Notes: generated by a model not told the origin, from the letters alone. Numbered from the stretch's first letter, positions 46,939 through 57,248 are shown. The stretch is DNA of 64,000 nt from Methanomassiliicoccales archaeon (GCA_030593885.1 JAUVGH010000002.1:21922-85921); one strand, 5' to 3'. Numbers and translations are program-made.

Positions 46939-47424
46939 ATGTCGCATACCCTATCCAGAGTGGTAACTATGCCTACTCCATACGAAGTACCTGCGAACCT
47001 ACTCATAGACAAGGTGGCGGAGCGCCTCAAGAAAGAGGGCAAGATCGTCCCTCCCGATTGGAGCAAATACGTCAAGACAGGCGTACACAGAGAGAAATCA
47101 CCGGTCAACCCGGACTGGTGGTACGAGAGAGCTGCCGCTGTCCTGAGAAAGGTCTACATCAAGGGTCCCATAGGGTCGTCCAGGCTCGCCGCGGAGTACG
47201 GTGGAAGGATAGACCGAGGGGCGAAGCCCTACCACGCAAGAAAGGGCAGCAGATCCATTGCCAGGCATTCCCTCAAACAGCTCGAGGAGGCTGGATACTT
47301 GACGAAGCAGGATAGGAAGGGGCGGATCATATCCCCCAGCGGGAGGTCGATGCTGGACATCATCTCGAGGGACATCCTTAAGGAGCTGGTCAAGACCAAC
47401 AAGGACCTCGCAAAGTTCGAGTGA
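46939..47424 (+). CDS. rps19e: 30S ribosomal protein S19e
   Basis: Typical eS19 sequence ('VKTGVHRE..P...DWWY.RAA..LRK.Y'). Confidence 0.9.
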   Translation: MSHTLSRVVTMPTPYEVPANLLIDKVAERLKKEGKIVPPDWSKYVKTGVHREKSPVNPDWWYERAAAVLRKVYIKGPIGSSRLAAEYGGRIDRGAKPYHARKGSRSIARHSLKQLEEAGYLTKQDRKGRIISPSGRSMLDIISRDILKELVKTNKDLAKFE

Positions 47425-47765
47425 GGGTTTTCATGGACGATGAGGAAGAGCTGGAAGCGCTGAGAAGAAGGAAACTGCAGGAACTGCAGATTCACCAGCA
47501 GCAGCGTGAACTGGAAGAGTCTCAATACGCCCAGGTGGAGGCCCAGAAACAGGCCGTCCTCAGGCAGATACTCACGCCCGAGGCCCGGGAGAGGCTGGGG
47601 AGGATTCAGCTCGCATACCCGGACGTGGCGGATAACGTCACCAATCAGCTGATCGTACTGGCGCAGAGCGGAAGGGTTCAAAAGGTAATAGATGATGCAA
47701 CGCTCAGGCAGATACTCAGGAAGATATTACCATCCAAGAGGGAGATAAAGATAGAGAGGCGGTGA
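47421..47765 (+). CDS. PDCD5/TFAR19-family dsDNA-binding protein
   Basis: '[22 protein letters not shown]...[11 protein letters not shown]' matches the conserved archaeal PDCD5-like protein. Overlaps the rps19e stop. Confidence 0.75.
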   Translation: MRVFMDDEEELEALRRRKLQELQIHQQQRELEESQYAQVEAQKQAVLRQILTPEARERLGRIQLAYPDVADNVTNQLIVLAQSGRVQKVIDDATLRQILRKILPSKREIKIERR

Positions 47766-47767
47766 AA

Positions 47768-47923
47768 ATGGCCAAGAACAAGCCCCTGGGCAAGAAGATT
47801 CGGCTCATGAAGGCCACCAAGCAGAACAGGAGGGTCCCGGCATGGGTCATGCAGAGAACGAACAGGCGTTTCCTAAGGCATCCGAAGAGAAGGATGTGGA
47901 GAAGGAGCAAGCTCAAGAAGTGA
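47768..47923 (+). CDS. rpl39e: 50S ribosomal protein L39e (51 aa; below the ORF-track length cutoff)
   Basis: Translates to [51 protein letters not shown], the canonical eL39. Confidence 0.8.
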   Translation: MAKNKPLGKKIRLMKATKQNRRVPAWVMQRTNRRFLRHPKRRMWRRSKLKK

Positions 47924-47927
47924 TCCC

Positions 47928-48194
47928 ATGGCAGAAGAGGAAGAGCATATTTTCATAATCCCCCTGAGGGTCACAAAAACCGTGCCGAGGACGAAGAGAA
48001 GCCCCAGGGCCATCAAGGCGATCAAAGATTATATTGTGAAGCACATGAGGGTGGAGAAAGAGGACATCTGGGTGGACCCGATGGTCAACGAGGCGATATG
48101 GAAGAGAGGCATACAGAACCCGCCCAATAAGCTCAGGGTGAAGGCGCTCAAGCTGGAGGAGGGCGAGGTGGAGGTCTCGCTTCCAGAGGAGTGA
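47928..48194 (+). CDS. rpl31e: 50S ribosomal protein L31e
   Basis: eL31 signature 'IPLRV...PR..RS.RAIK.I..Y'. Confidence 0.85.
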   Translation: MAEEEEHIFIIPLRVTKTVPRTKRSPRAIKAIKDYIVKHMRVEKEDIWVDPMVNEAIWKRGIQNPPNKLRVKALKLEEGEVEVSLPEE

Positions 48195-48865
48195 GGAGGA
48201 AGACCTTGTTCGCCAAGATGGATTTCACCGGAAATCCATATGTGGGAGTTTATTGCGCATCCAGCGATGACGTTGCTTTTGTCCCAAACTTCGTGACCAA
48301 GAAGGCCAGGAAGAGGGTCGAGGAAGCGTTACAGGCCGAGACGAGAGTCTTTTCGTTGGGCGGGTCGACGGTGCTGGGGGCGCTGATGTGCCTGAACAAG
48401 AACGGAATCATATTGACCAACTTCGTGACCGAGGAGGAGATTGCGTTATTGAAGGGTCTGAGGGTGGAGATAATATCCCAGAGGAAGCTGAACGCGGTCG
48501 GGAACAACATACTCTGCAACGACAACGGTGCGATCGTCCATCCCAGGTACAAATCGAAATCCATCCAGATAATCGAGGATACTCTAGATGTCGAGGTCGT
48601 AAAGGGAACGGTGGCCGGACTGAAGACGGTCGGCTCGGCTTGCATATCCAACGGAAAGGGCGTCCTTTGTCATCCGTACATCGAGGAGTCTGAATCGAAG
48701 CTCATTGAGGAAGTTCTCAAGGTTCCGGTCTCGTCATCAACGGCCAACTACGGCACACCCCAGATAGGAGCGTGTTTGGTGGCCAACAACAACGGTGCGG
48801 TGGTTGGTACCAGAACAACGCCCATAGAACTGGGCAGGATCGAAGAAGGGCTGCATCTGTATTAG
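48191..48865 (+). CDS. eif6: Translation initiation factor 6
   Basis: Pentameric repeat sequence typical of aIF6 ('GNPYVGVY', 'NNILCNDNGAIVHP', 'SNGKGVLCHP', 'VANNNGAVVG'). Confidence 0.9.
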   Translation: MRRKTLFAKMDFTGNPYVGVYCASSDDVAFVPNFVTKKARKRVEEALQAETRVFSLGGSTVLGALMCLNKNGIILTNFVTEEEIALLKGLRVEIISQRKLNAVGNNILCNDNGAIVHPRYKSKSIQIIEDTLDVEVVKGTVAGLKTVGSACISNGKGVLCHPYIEESESKLIEEVLKVPVSSSTANYGTPQIGACLVANNNGAVVGTRTTPIELGRIEEGLHLY

Positions 48866-49569
48866 AGGCTGAAGACCCAGACCTCCGTATCTTCCGGAAG
48901 GTCCTCTTTTTCGAAGATTATCTCGTTGCCGACCCTTGTCACTGGGGAGTCAACCAGGTCCAGAAAATCACCCAGTGGCCGAATGGAGAGGGACAGTCCC
49001 CCGACGCGGTAATGCATGGGAACGGCTATTCTTGGATCGATCTCAGTGACCAACCTCCACGCGGTCTCCCCGTCGATGGTGAAGACGCTGCCCACCGGAA
49101 TGAAGAGGACGTCGATGGATCCAAGGGCCTCCAACATCCTGTCAGAGAGTGTGTGGCCCAGATCTCCCAAGTGACAGAACGAGACGCCGTCCATTTCGAA
49201 GCGATATATCCTGTTGTTCCCCCTTTTCCTCCCGTCCACAGTGTCGTGATAGGTCTGAAGCGCCCTTGTCCTCACTCCCATGATGGTCTCGTTGACGGTC
49301 GACTCCACGATCAGGGGATTCCCTTCCACCGCCTTCGTGCAGTTGTGATCGAAATGGTCGTGGCTGACCAGGACCATGTCCGCTTCAAGGGACGGACGTG
49401 CTATCCCGATCGACTTCCCGTCGTGAGGATCGGTGACCACGGTGATTCCGTCGTTGACCTCGAAACAAGCGTGTCCATGCCAGACTATTCTCACCTTTCC
49501 ACTCCCCCTGGAACCCCGATGGTCCGAACGATACTTGATCTGTGCTAATCCTCGAATTCTGCTCCGCAT
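48862..49569 (-). CDS. MBL-fold metallo-hydrolase
   Basis: 'VSHDHFDH' metallo-beta-lactamase motif plus downstream His/Asp ligands. Confidence 0.7.
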   Translation of the reverse strand: MRSRIRGLAQIKYRSDHRGSRGSGKVRIVWHGHACFEVNDGITVVTDPHDGKSIGIARPSLEADMVLVSHDHFDHNCTKAVEGNPLIVESTVNETIMGVRTRALQTYHDTVDGRKRGNNRIYRFEMDGVSFCHLGDLGHTLSDRMLEALGSIDVLFIPVGSVFTIDGETAWRLVTEIDPRIAVPMHYRVGGLSLSIRPLGDFLDLVDSPVTRVGNEIIFEKEDLPEDTEVWVFSL

Positions 49570-50513
49570 TCAGGGCATGAGTCCAGGTCCTCCGACAGCG
49601 GCGCGTTGCATACCGGACAGGCCCACTCGAACTCATCGTACGTCTCCTTCTCCGATTCAATGAAGGCCTCGTATACGTGATCTTCCTTCTTCTCCTTTGC
49701 AGGATGCTCGTGGAAGAACGCGACATAAGCGGAGCTGATGCCCAGAACGACAAGAACGGACCCCATTCCCATTCCCACGAACCTGAGGAGATCATCAGAG
49801 GACAGTATCGGGAGAAGAACGTAGCTCAGCACGCCCAAGATGGTGATCAGAGACCAGAACGTCTTGGGAAACCGGTCACCCGGGATCAGCAGCCGGCCTT
49901 TGAGACTTGGAAGCGCATCCCCCAGCTCGCTCTTGGATGACAGCGTCACCCTATTCTTGCGGTCCAGGATGAAATCGAAGAAGATATTGCCTCCAACAAG
50001 GACCAGGATCGTCCCGATGACCATGAGGAACAGGACACTGTACCCGATATCATAATAGAGAGCCGTCAGGATGTAGAAGACTATACCGAAGATCAGTGTG
50101 GAGACCGACAAGGTCAGCTTGGACCTCTCCTTGGCAGAGAAGGCGACCGTGATCAGCTCCTCTTCATCAGAAAGGTGTTCCTCCTCTTGCAGGAACTCCA
50201 GGAGCTCCTCTTGGGCTTCATCGAGCTCTTCCTCCTCCTCTGGCGTGGTCTCTTTCGCCTTCGGCTCTGGGAGGTCGGACCCGAGCGGCACGCCGCGTTC
50301 CATGCCAGGCGCCCACATGGTGGCCTTGAGCCTGTTCTGGAAATCCTCGTCTGTCTTGTCCTTCTTGATCTCGTAGCCGCAGAGAGTGCACCTCTTCAGA
50401 TCCGGACTTATCTTCGAACTGCAGTTGGGACACGTGACCTCTTCTGTCGTGAGCAGGTCCTTCATATCCTCTAGTTCCCGCTCTATGTCGTATTCCTTAT
50501 CATCTTCCCCCAT
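49545..50513 (-). CDS. Zinc-ribbon-containing membrane protein, unknown function
   Basis: N-terminal 'CPNCSSK...CTLCG' ribbon, an acidic linker, 4-5 TM helices, and a second C-terminal 'CPVCNA...CPECG' ribbon. Confidence 0.5.
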   Translation of the reverse strand: MGEDDKEYDIERELEDMKDLLTTEEVTCPNCSSKISPDLKRCTLCGYEIKKDKTDEDFQNRLKATMWAPGMERGVPLGSDLPEPKAKETTPEEEEELDEAQEELLEFLQEEEHLSDEEELITVAFSAKERSKLTLSVSTLIFGIVFYILTALYYDIGYSVLFLMVIGTILVLVGGNIFFDFILDRKNRVTLSSKSELGDALPSLKGRLLIPGDRFPKTFWSLITILGVLSYVLLPILSSDDLLRFVGMGMGSVLVVLGISSAYVAFFHEHPAKEKKEDHVYEAFIESEKETYDEFEWACPVCNAPLSEDLDSCPECGAEFED

Positions 50514-50612
50514 TTTGGTTCAAATGACAAATCAGGTCGCCACCATATAACCATTTCGCAGAGAAGGGTGTCGGAAAGTTCATATACTCCCGGATTTCAT
50601 TAATAGGACGGC

Positions 50613-51758
50613 ATGCGGACTTTGGTCCTTTGTATAGACAGAGATAATGACATCGGAGTGAAAGCTGGCATACCCGGACCCATCATCGGTCGGAGGGACA
50701 ATCTGGATGCGGCCATGAAACTGGGACTTGCCGATCCGGAGGATGCTGACGTCAACACGATGTTCACGGCGATAAGCAGATATGATGATCTCACCAGGAA
50801 CGGTATTGATGCCGAAATCGCGACCCTCTCTGGGGACATCAAGGTCGGAGAGATCTCTGACAGGGAAATCGTAAGGCAGTTGGAAGAGGTGATCGACGAG
50901 GTGAGGCCCGACACTGCTTATCTGATCAGCGATGGAGCCGAAGACGAGTCCGTCTTTCCTCTAATCACATCAAGATTGAAGGTCGACCACGTCAGGCGAG
51001 TCTTCGTGAAACAGCACACGAGCATTGAGAGTGCTGTATCCATAGTTGCGAAGACCCTGAGGGACGAGAAATGGAGGAAACGGTTGTTCACTCCTCTGGG
51101 TTTGGTCCTGCTCCTCTGGGGTTTGTCAGTCTTCGTTGGCATAATCCCGAGCATTATGAAGTTCGGTTGGACGATCGAGGTGGCCAATTCATTCCCACCT
51201 GCCTTGATCCTTGTGGTGTTCGGGGCCTCAGTGCTCTACATAACTTATCCTGGAAGCTTCTCGCTGAAGCGAGGTTTGAGGAGTATCAGAGATTCCTACG
51301 ACGATGCCAAATCATCAGTCATGTCGGGTGATGTGACCATATTCTTCAACATAGTGGCTTGGATTCTCATAATGCTGGGGGTATTCTATGGAATGGACGC
51401 GTCTTCGGGGACGCCAGACTACGTAAAGAAGTTCTTCTTCTTCGTGGGTGGTTTCATCTGGTTGTTCATCTTAGGGATCTATCTGCACGAACTGGGGAAG
51501 ATCATTGTGGTCGTCCTCAAGAAGCGGGAGTTCCCCAAATCGTTCTGGTCGGTCACCATCTTCTTCTTCGTCGTGGCAATAATCATGGGCGGACTGCTGC
51601 TGACCATGTCCGTCGTCTTCGGGTACGCCGAACCGATGGCAAGCCTTCCGATGATTGTGATCACGCTCATAGTGGCCCTTACGGTCCTTGGCCTGGGCAC
51701 CGCTGGCTGGAGAACGCTGGAAAGAAAAGCGCCTCCCGAGGTCGAGTGGCGAAGATAG
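50613..51758 (+). CDS. DUF373-family archaeal membrane protein
   Basis: Soluble N-terminal domain ('LVLCIDRDNDIG') followed by multiple TM helices. Matches the conserved archaeal DUF373 architecture. Confidence 0.5.
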   Translation: MRTLVLCIDRDNDIGVKAGIPGPIIGRRDNLDAAMKLGLADPEDADVNTMFTAISRYDDLTRNGIDAEIATLSGDIKVGEISDREIVRQLEEVIDEVRPDTAYLISDGAEDESVFPLITSRLKVDHVRRVFVKQHTSIESAVSIVAKTLRDEKWRKRLFTPLGLVLLLWGLSVFVGIIPSIMKFGWTIEVANSFPPALILVVFGASVLYITYPGSFSLKRGLRSIRDSYDDAKSSVMSGDVTIFFNIVAWILIMLGVFYGMDASSGTPDYVKKFFFFVGGFIWLFILGIYLHELGKIIVVVLKKREFPKSFWSVTIFFFVVAIIMGGLLLTMSVVFGYAEPMASLPMIVITLIVALTVLGLGTAGWRTLERKAPPEVEWRR

Positions 51759-51776
51759 TCTTCCTGGAGAAGTTCG

Positions 51777-52439
51777 ATGCTCTACGATGAGTGGGAGGAA
51801 TACTACCACCAGATACTGGAGGATTTCGGTTTTGATCAACAGAAGGATGAGCTTAGCGCCAGGTTGCTCTCCAGCAGATTGGTCGGTGAGGAGACCACTC
51901 ACGAGGAGCTGGCAGATCTCATGAGCGGCAGGGTGGTGACGGTCGCAGGCGACGGACCCAACCTGGAAGAAGAGACGGACAAGGCCAAAGGTGTTCTGAT
52001 CTCTGCGGATGAGGCGACAACGTTCCTTCTTGAAAAGGGCCTGGTGCCAGACGTGGTAATGACGGACCTGGATGGCAAGGTGGAGGACCTGGTGAAAGCC
52101 AATGAGAGGGGAGCGATCGTCATCATCCACGCCCACGGGGACAACATGGATGAGATAAGGAAATACGCGGAATGTTTCAAGGGAAAGGTCATGGGAACGA
52201 CACAATCCCTACCTTCTGGCAAGATCCACAACTTCGGGGGCTTCACGGATGGGGATAGAGGCATATTCCTGGCCGATCATTTCGGGGCGACGGAGATCAA
52301 TCTCATCGGTTTCGATTTCGACAATCCCAGGGACAAAGGCAAGAACGTGGAGATCAAGAAGAAGAAACTCAACTGGGCGTATGTTCTGATAAACAAGCTC
52401 CCATCGGAGAAGGTCATTCTTCCCGAGCCATCATCTTGA
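51777..52439 (+). CDS. mptE: MptE-like 6-hydroxymethyl-7,8-dihydropterin pyrophosphokinase (DUF115)
   Basis: 'VVMTDLDG...VIIHAHGDN...GGFTDGDR...FDFDNP' matches the archaeal HPPK/MptE family. Confidence 0.6.
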   Translation: MLYDEWEEYYHQILEDFGFDQQKDELSARLLSSRLVGEETTHEELADLMSGRVVTVAGDGPNLEEETDKAKGVLISADEATTFLLEKGLVPDVVMTDLDGKVEDLVKANERGAIVIIHAHGDNMDEIRKYAECFKGKVMGTTQSLPSGKIHNFGGFTDGDRGIFLADHFGATEINLIGFDFDNPRDKGKNVEIKKKKLNWAYVLINKLPSEKVILPEPSS

Positions 52440-53850
52440 AGCTGAGAATTGGTTTTCTTGCGGCGCCGACCTCGTCCACTCTGCCAACGGCTGTATTGTG
52501 GGGTGCACTGGCTATCGTCTCGTTGTCCTCTTGAAGTATCCCGATGATGGTGTCAGCAAATGCATCCAGCGTCTGCTTGTTCTCTGTCTCGGTGGGTTCG
52601 ATCATCAGGGCTTCCTCAACGATCTGGGGGAAGTATACGGTGGGAGGATGGAAACCGAAGTCCATCAGCCTCTTCGCCAGGTCCCGTGTTGCCAGACCCC
52701 TGTTCTTCAGCTTTGCACCGCTCAGGACGAACTCGTGCTTTCTGAGGTCCTTGAAGGGCATGTCCAGGTGTTTCTTCAGCTTCTCCTTGAGGTAGTTGGA
52801 GTTCAGAACGGACCTGTTGGCGACCTCCTCCAGACCTTCCGACCCGAGCATCTTGATGTAGATGTACGCCCGAAGAAGAACGGCGAAGTTGCCGTAGAAC
52901 GATCTCACCTTTCCGATCGATTTTGGAATGTCGTAGTCCAGGTCGTATTTCTTGCCGTCGAAGCTCACCACTGGGACTGGTAGGTAATCTCTCAACTTGG
53001 GAACGACGCCGATCGGTCCGGAGCCTGGCCCCCCTCCTCCATGCGGAGTGGAGAAGGTCTTGTGGAGGTTGAAATGCACTATGTCGAAGTTCATCTTCCC
53101 GGGTGTGGTCTTTCCCATGATGGCGTTCAGGTTGGCGCCGTCGTAGTAAAGAATGGCACCCTGTTCATGGACGATCTCTGCGATCTCCAGGACATCACTC
53201 TCAAAGATGCCAAGGGTGTTCGGATTGGTGAGCATGAAAGCGGCGGTCCTCTTGTTGACGGCACTTCTAAGGGCATCCAGATCCACGCAGCCGTTCTTGG
53301 ACGGTATCTCGACCACCCTGAAACCCATCATCGAAGCGCTGGCAGGATTGGTTCCGTGCGCCGTATCGGGCAGCACGACCTCGTCCCTTCGTTCGCCTGC
53401 GTCCTCGTGAAAAGCGCGTGCTATGAGCAATCCAGTGAACTCTCCGTGCGCCCCTGCCGCTGGCTGGAGGCTGACGGCGTCCACTCCACCGATCTCCTTC
53501 AACAGCTCCTGGAGCTCGTACATCACCTGAAGGCTGCCCTGGACGGTGTTTGATTCCTGAAGTGGATGGGTCGTCGTTGCCACATCGGTTGATCCGATGT
53601 ACCCTCCTAATTTGGGAGTATATTTCATGGTGCAGGACCCCAGAGGGTAGATCCCTGTATCGACTCCGAAGTTCATCTGAGAAAGCCTGGTATAGTGCCG
53701 GGATACCTCGAACTCCTTGATATTGGGAATGCTCAACTCCTTTCTGGCCAGCCAATCGGGCAGAACGCCTTCCAGGGAGATCTCCTCGTCCCTGGTGTCG
53801 ATCATCTCTTGGACAAGAGGCTCATCATACCTCGCCTGCTGGAAGCTCAA
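52414..53850 (-). CDS. gcvPB: Glycine dehydrogenase (decarboxylating) subunit 2
   Basis: PLP-dependent fold and a GcvPB-family sequence including 'FNLHKTFSTPHGGGGPG'. Confidence 0.9.
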   Translation of the reverse strand: MSFQQARYDEPLVQEMIDTRDEEISLEGVLPDWLARKELSIPNIKEFEVSRHYTRLSQMNFGVDTGIYPLGSCTMKYTPKLGGYIGSTDVATTTHPLQESNTVQGSLQVMYELQELLKEIGGVDAVSLQPAAGAHGEFTGLLIARAFHEDAGERRDEVVLPDTAHGTNPASASMMGFRVVEIPSKNGCVDLDALRSAVNKRTAAFMLTNPNTLGIFESDVLEIAEIVHEQGAILYYDGANLNAIMGKTTPGKMNFDIVHFNLHKTFSTPHGGGGPGSGPIGVVPKLRDYLPVPVVSFDGKKYDLDYDIPKSIGKVRSFYGNFAVLLRAYIYIKMLGSEGLEEVANRSVLNSNYLKEKLKKHLDMPFKDLRKHEFVLSGAKLKNRGLATRDLAKRLMDFGFHPPTVYFPQIVEEALMIEPTETENKQTLDAFADTIIGILQEDNETIASAPHNTAVGRVDEVGAARKPILSFKMMAREE

Positions 53851-55187
53851 CTGAATCCCTCCAGTGCCTTGATGAGGGAATCGCGGTCCACCTTGGTGTG
53901 CATCTCGGTGGTGCAGAATAAGGCGCAGTTCTCGAGCTCCTGGAAGTTGCTGGCCAAGGACAGTCCACCCTGAATCCCCTTCCAGTGGAGGTGTTCGTGG
54001 ACCTTGGCATAGTCCGCTTCAGACCTGACAACGAACTCGTTGAAATGTGTACCGCTGAAGACAGGTGCGGCGAAACCCTCTAACGATCCTATCTCCTTTG
54101 CCAGGTACCTTGATCTGAGGATGTTCTCCTTCGCTACCCTTCTGAGACCGGTCCTTCCCAGTATCGCCACATGAATCGCGAACGCGACCGATCCAAGCGA
54201 TTCGTTGGTGCAGATATTGCTGGTGGCCTTCTCCCTTCTTATGTGCTGTTCCCTGGTCTGCAGGGCCATGGTGAACGCTCTTCGACCGTGGACGTCCTTG
54301 GTGGCTCCGATCATCCTTCCGGGCATTCTCCTGATGTGTTCCTTCCTGCATGCGAAGATACCGACCAGCGGACCGCCGAAGTTCATGGGGTTCCCGAGAA
54401 TCTGGCCTTCTCCGACAACGATGTCCGCACCTAAGTTCCCCGGAGCTTCGGCAACGGCGAGGGATAGAGGATTCGCACCTACGATTAGGAGGACGTCTCC
54501 AATGGCCTCTTTGACCTCCGCGATGTTCTCGAATACGCCGAAGAGGTTGGGCGATTCAAGGTAGACTGCAGATGTCTGGTCATCCAGCTTGGCTTTGAGG
54601 TCCGAGATGTCGATCATCCCAGTATCGCCGTCATACTGAACCTCGTCCACATGAAGCCCGGGACCTTTTGCGTAGTTGTTCAGCACGGATCTCTTCTCCC
54701 AGTGGATCGCCCTTGGGATGAGGATCTTCTTCTTACCGGATATGCGAACGCTCATCAACGCGGCTTCGGCCAGTGCGGTGGAGGCATCATACATGGATGA
54801 GTTGGCTGCGTCCATCCCGGTGAGCTCGCAGACGAAGCTTTGGTACTCGAAGAGGGCCTGGAGCATGCCCTGGCTGATCTCCGGTTGATATGGGGTGTAA
54901 GACGAGTAGAACTCTGATCGGGATATCATCTCGAAAACGGCTGCTGGGATGTAGTGATGGTAGACCCCCGCACCGAGGAAGCTGGGCATTTCACAAGCTG
55001 TTCGGTTCTTGCCGAGGATCTCCATGACGTTCCTTCGGACCTCCTTCTCGGGTAGCCCTTTCTCGATGTTCAAGGGACCTGTACGGACATCGTTGGGAAT
55101 GTCAGAAAAAAGCTCCTCGACGCTCCTCAACCCCAACTCCTCAAGCATCTCAGATTCTTCGGATGCCATGCAACCCACAGAAAACAA
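53847..55187 (-). CDS. gcvPA: Glycine dehydrogenase (decarboxylating) subunit 1
   Basis: GcvPA-family sequence. 4-nt overlap with gcvPB. Confidence 0.9.
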   Translation of the reverse strand: MFSVGCMASEESEMLEELGLRSVEELFSDIPNDVRTGPLNIEKGLPEKEVRRNVMEILGKNRTACEMPSFLGAGVYHHYIPAAVFEMISRSEFYSSYTPYQPEISQGMLQALFEYQSFVCELTGMDAANSSMYDASTALAEAALMSVRISGKKKILIPRAIHWEKRSVLNNYAKGPGLHVDEVQYDGDTGMIDISDLKAKLDDQTSAVYLESPNLFGVFENIAEVKEAIGDVLLIVGANPLSLAVAEAPGNLGADIVVGEGQILGNPMNFGGPLVGIFACRKEHIRRMPGRMIGATKDVHGRRAFTMALQTREQHIRREKATSNICTNESLGSVAFAIHVAILGRTGLRRVAKENILRSRYLAKEIGSLEGFAAPVFSGTHFNEFVVRSEADYAKVHEHLHWKGIQGGLSLASNFQELENCALFCTTEMHTKVDRDSLIKALEGFS

Positions 55188-55219
55188 ATGCGGTCTATTA
55201 ACCTTTGCCCATTCACGTC

Positions 55220-55426
55220 CTAGCCGCCAGAAACAACGGATATCAGTGTAAGGATTTCGCCGTCCGTAAGAGGTTCATCGATGGGTATGGGGCGTTGAAA
55301 TCGGGCCAAGATGATGCTGTCCGGGGTCAGATCAAGAGATTCGACCAACGACATGCCCGTGGCACCTTCTTCGAGCTCGACCTCCTTCGTCTCCTTCGAC
55401 GGTATGAACTGAACTGTGATCTTCAT
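55220..55426 (-). CDS. MoaD/ThiS/SAMP-type ubiquitin-like small protein (ends in GG)
   Basis: 68-aa beta-grasp-like sequence terminating in 'SGG'. Confidence 0.55.
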   Translation of the reverse strand: MKITVQFIPSKETKEVELEEGATGMSLVESLDLTPDSIILARFQRPIPIDEPLTDGEILTLISVVSGG

Positions 55427-55476
55427 CGATACCGATATCGTTATAACTCAACCAGATATTATAATTTGACCCGAAT

Positions 55477-55597
55477 GCCGAGGTAGCTAAGCCCGGTTCA
55501 CGGCGATGGCCTCGAGTGTTGTCCAGACCGTAGAAAAGATGACCGCGACAGCCATTGGTGCTTCTGCACCGCGGGAGTTCGAATCTCCCCCTCGGCG
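55477..55597 (+). tRNA. tRNA-Ser (anticodon CGA) with a 33-nt intron at the canonical 37/38 position (55517-55549)
   Basis: Hand-folded cloverleaf. Acceptor GCCGAGG/CCTCGGC. 3-bp D stem with a GG-containing D loop. Anticodon stem ATGGC/GCCAT with loop CT-CGA-G, then the intron, then A. Long variable arm (GGTGC-TTCT-GCACC). T arm GGGAG-TTCGAAT-CTCCC. Discriminator G73. No encoded CCA. Confidence 0.7.
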
Positions 55598-55809
55598 TTT
55601 AACCAAAGGCTAAGATTCATTTTGCGAACATGCACTACTCGATGAAAGATATGTTTGACCTCCTCATACTGCGTCAAACTCGAGTCTCATGTGTCTAATG
55701 CATGTCCAATCCGGGTGAAGATTATCATATCAGAGAAGTCGTGATGCAAATGTCTTAATAGCTCAAGAGTATTTATGGCTAGAATTTCGCCAGTCGTGGG
55801 GGAGCGTAC

Positions 55810-56313
55810 TTGATAAACAAGAACTATGAGGAAATTGTTCTAAGAGCAAAAGAGGCAGTGCACGATTTGGAGGAGCCTTTCAGGAGCATAGCTTTCAAAG
55901 AAGTATTGAATGATCTGATGAGAGAGTCGGTGGAGTCTCTCCCACCATTGGAGCGTGCTGAAGGAATCGACTCGTCGGGAGGGTTCTTGGAGTCCCACGG
56001 TATTCAGACCTTGAGACAGTTGATAAACCTAACCAAACCACAATCCCATCCTGCCAAGACTCTCGTCATAGCCTACTACTCAATGCAAGCCAAGGGCCTG
56101 GACGTGTTTCAGACGGAGTCCATTATAGATGGATATCGAGAGGCCCTTATGAAACCTCCAACAAACCCAAGCGATATCATCTATAAGAACAAGAAGAAAG
56201 GATTCTTCATGAACATGGAGGATGAAGCTGGAGAATCAGGCTGTAGCATCACTGACCAAGGTATCAAAGAGATAGAAAGCAGGATTACTAAGGCCATGGA
56301 AGAGAAAGATTGA
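55810..56313 (+). CDS. Hypothetical protein, paralog of 57245..57751 (unknown family)
   Basis: C-terminal ~75 aa align with the other paralog ('V.A.Y....G..F.T......Y.EA...PTN.....I...KKG.........G..IT..G...ES'). Confidence 0.5.
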   Translation: MINKNYEEIVLRAKEAVHDLEEPFRSIAFKEVLNDLMRESVESLPPLERAEGIDSSGGFLESHGIQTLRQLINLTKPQSHPAKTLVIAYYSMQAKGLDVFQTESIIDGYREALMKPPTNPSDIIYKNKKKGFFMNMEDEAGESGCSITDQGIKEIESRITKAMEEKD

Positions 56314-56867
56314 ATTGTACGAAATTCCTAGACGATATAATTTGATTGCATTCCATATCCACAGATTGGTCGTAGATTTCTTCTGGAGTATTGCCACATC
56401 ATGAAGACTAGCTGGTTGAAGCATGATTGAAGATGTAACTCTCGATACAGGGAGATCTAAGGGAGCTTTAGTTTAGAATCGCTTCACTATATTTGTGCCA
56501 AACCCTCATCCGTGGTCATATCCGCAGGGGTCCATCCGAATCTCATTGAACATACTTTGAATACTGACACTGGCATAATCTTCACTCATCTATTCCCGCA
56601 ATAGCCAAAGATGTATAGCCCCAAAGAACAGGAGAGAGGCTCTCATTCTAATGAAACTGATTCCGGATTCAGGGATGTTTCATGCACGATGGACAGGTTA
56701 TGTGAATATCTCTCACAAAGTATGTGGAATCCAATTGTGGGTCGGGTCAGAGAAGGACCAGTCCCGAGATCCATTGTTCGTCTCGGCATCACTTTCACTC
56801 AACCCTACCCAAAATGACTTTATATCGTGGATGTGATAATACGTTGTTCAAAACATGAGGCATTAGG

Positions 56868-57248
56868 ATGAACACGAAGAAAATCCAGTCCTTATTCGTT
56901 GATGAAAAGGAAGTCGGCGAGGAAATCCTGTACGAAGCGATTTCGCCCTTCATCAGATTTGGTAAGGAATCCAACAGCGTGATATTTACTCCGGAATACT
57001 ATGAACTCGGGAACCGGGAAAAAGTTCTTGTATACCTACTGGCCCTCAAAGCAGCTGGTTTCCTCGGGCTAACCTCGGTTGGCGAATCTGCCTCCCCAAA
57101 GGCAATCTCAGCGGCGACTGGAGTCACATACAACTCGATCAAGCCTATTCTTTCTGGACTCGCGAAGAACGGTTTGCTGGCAAGAGAGGGTGGTAGGTAC
57201 TCCGTCCCGAATCATAACATCTTGAGGATCAAGGAGATGATGTCTTGA
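56868..57248 (+). CDS. Winged helix-turn-helix transcriptional regulator (MarR/ArsR-like)
   Basis: C-terminal 'PKAISAATGVTYNSIKPILSGLAKNGLLAREGGRYSV' is typical of HTH plus wing. Confidence 0.55.
   Translation: MNTKKIQSLFVDEKEVGEEILYEAISPFIRFGKESNSVIFTPEYYELGNREKVLVYLLALKAAGFLGLTSVGESASPKAISAATGVTYNSIKPILSGLAKNGLLAREGGRYSVPNHNILRIKEMMS

Noticed and set aside
51471-52205. 244-aa minus-strand ORF overlapping DUF373 and mptE
   Set aside because: Antisense to two better-supported genes. The sequence is His/Arg-rich and low-complexity.
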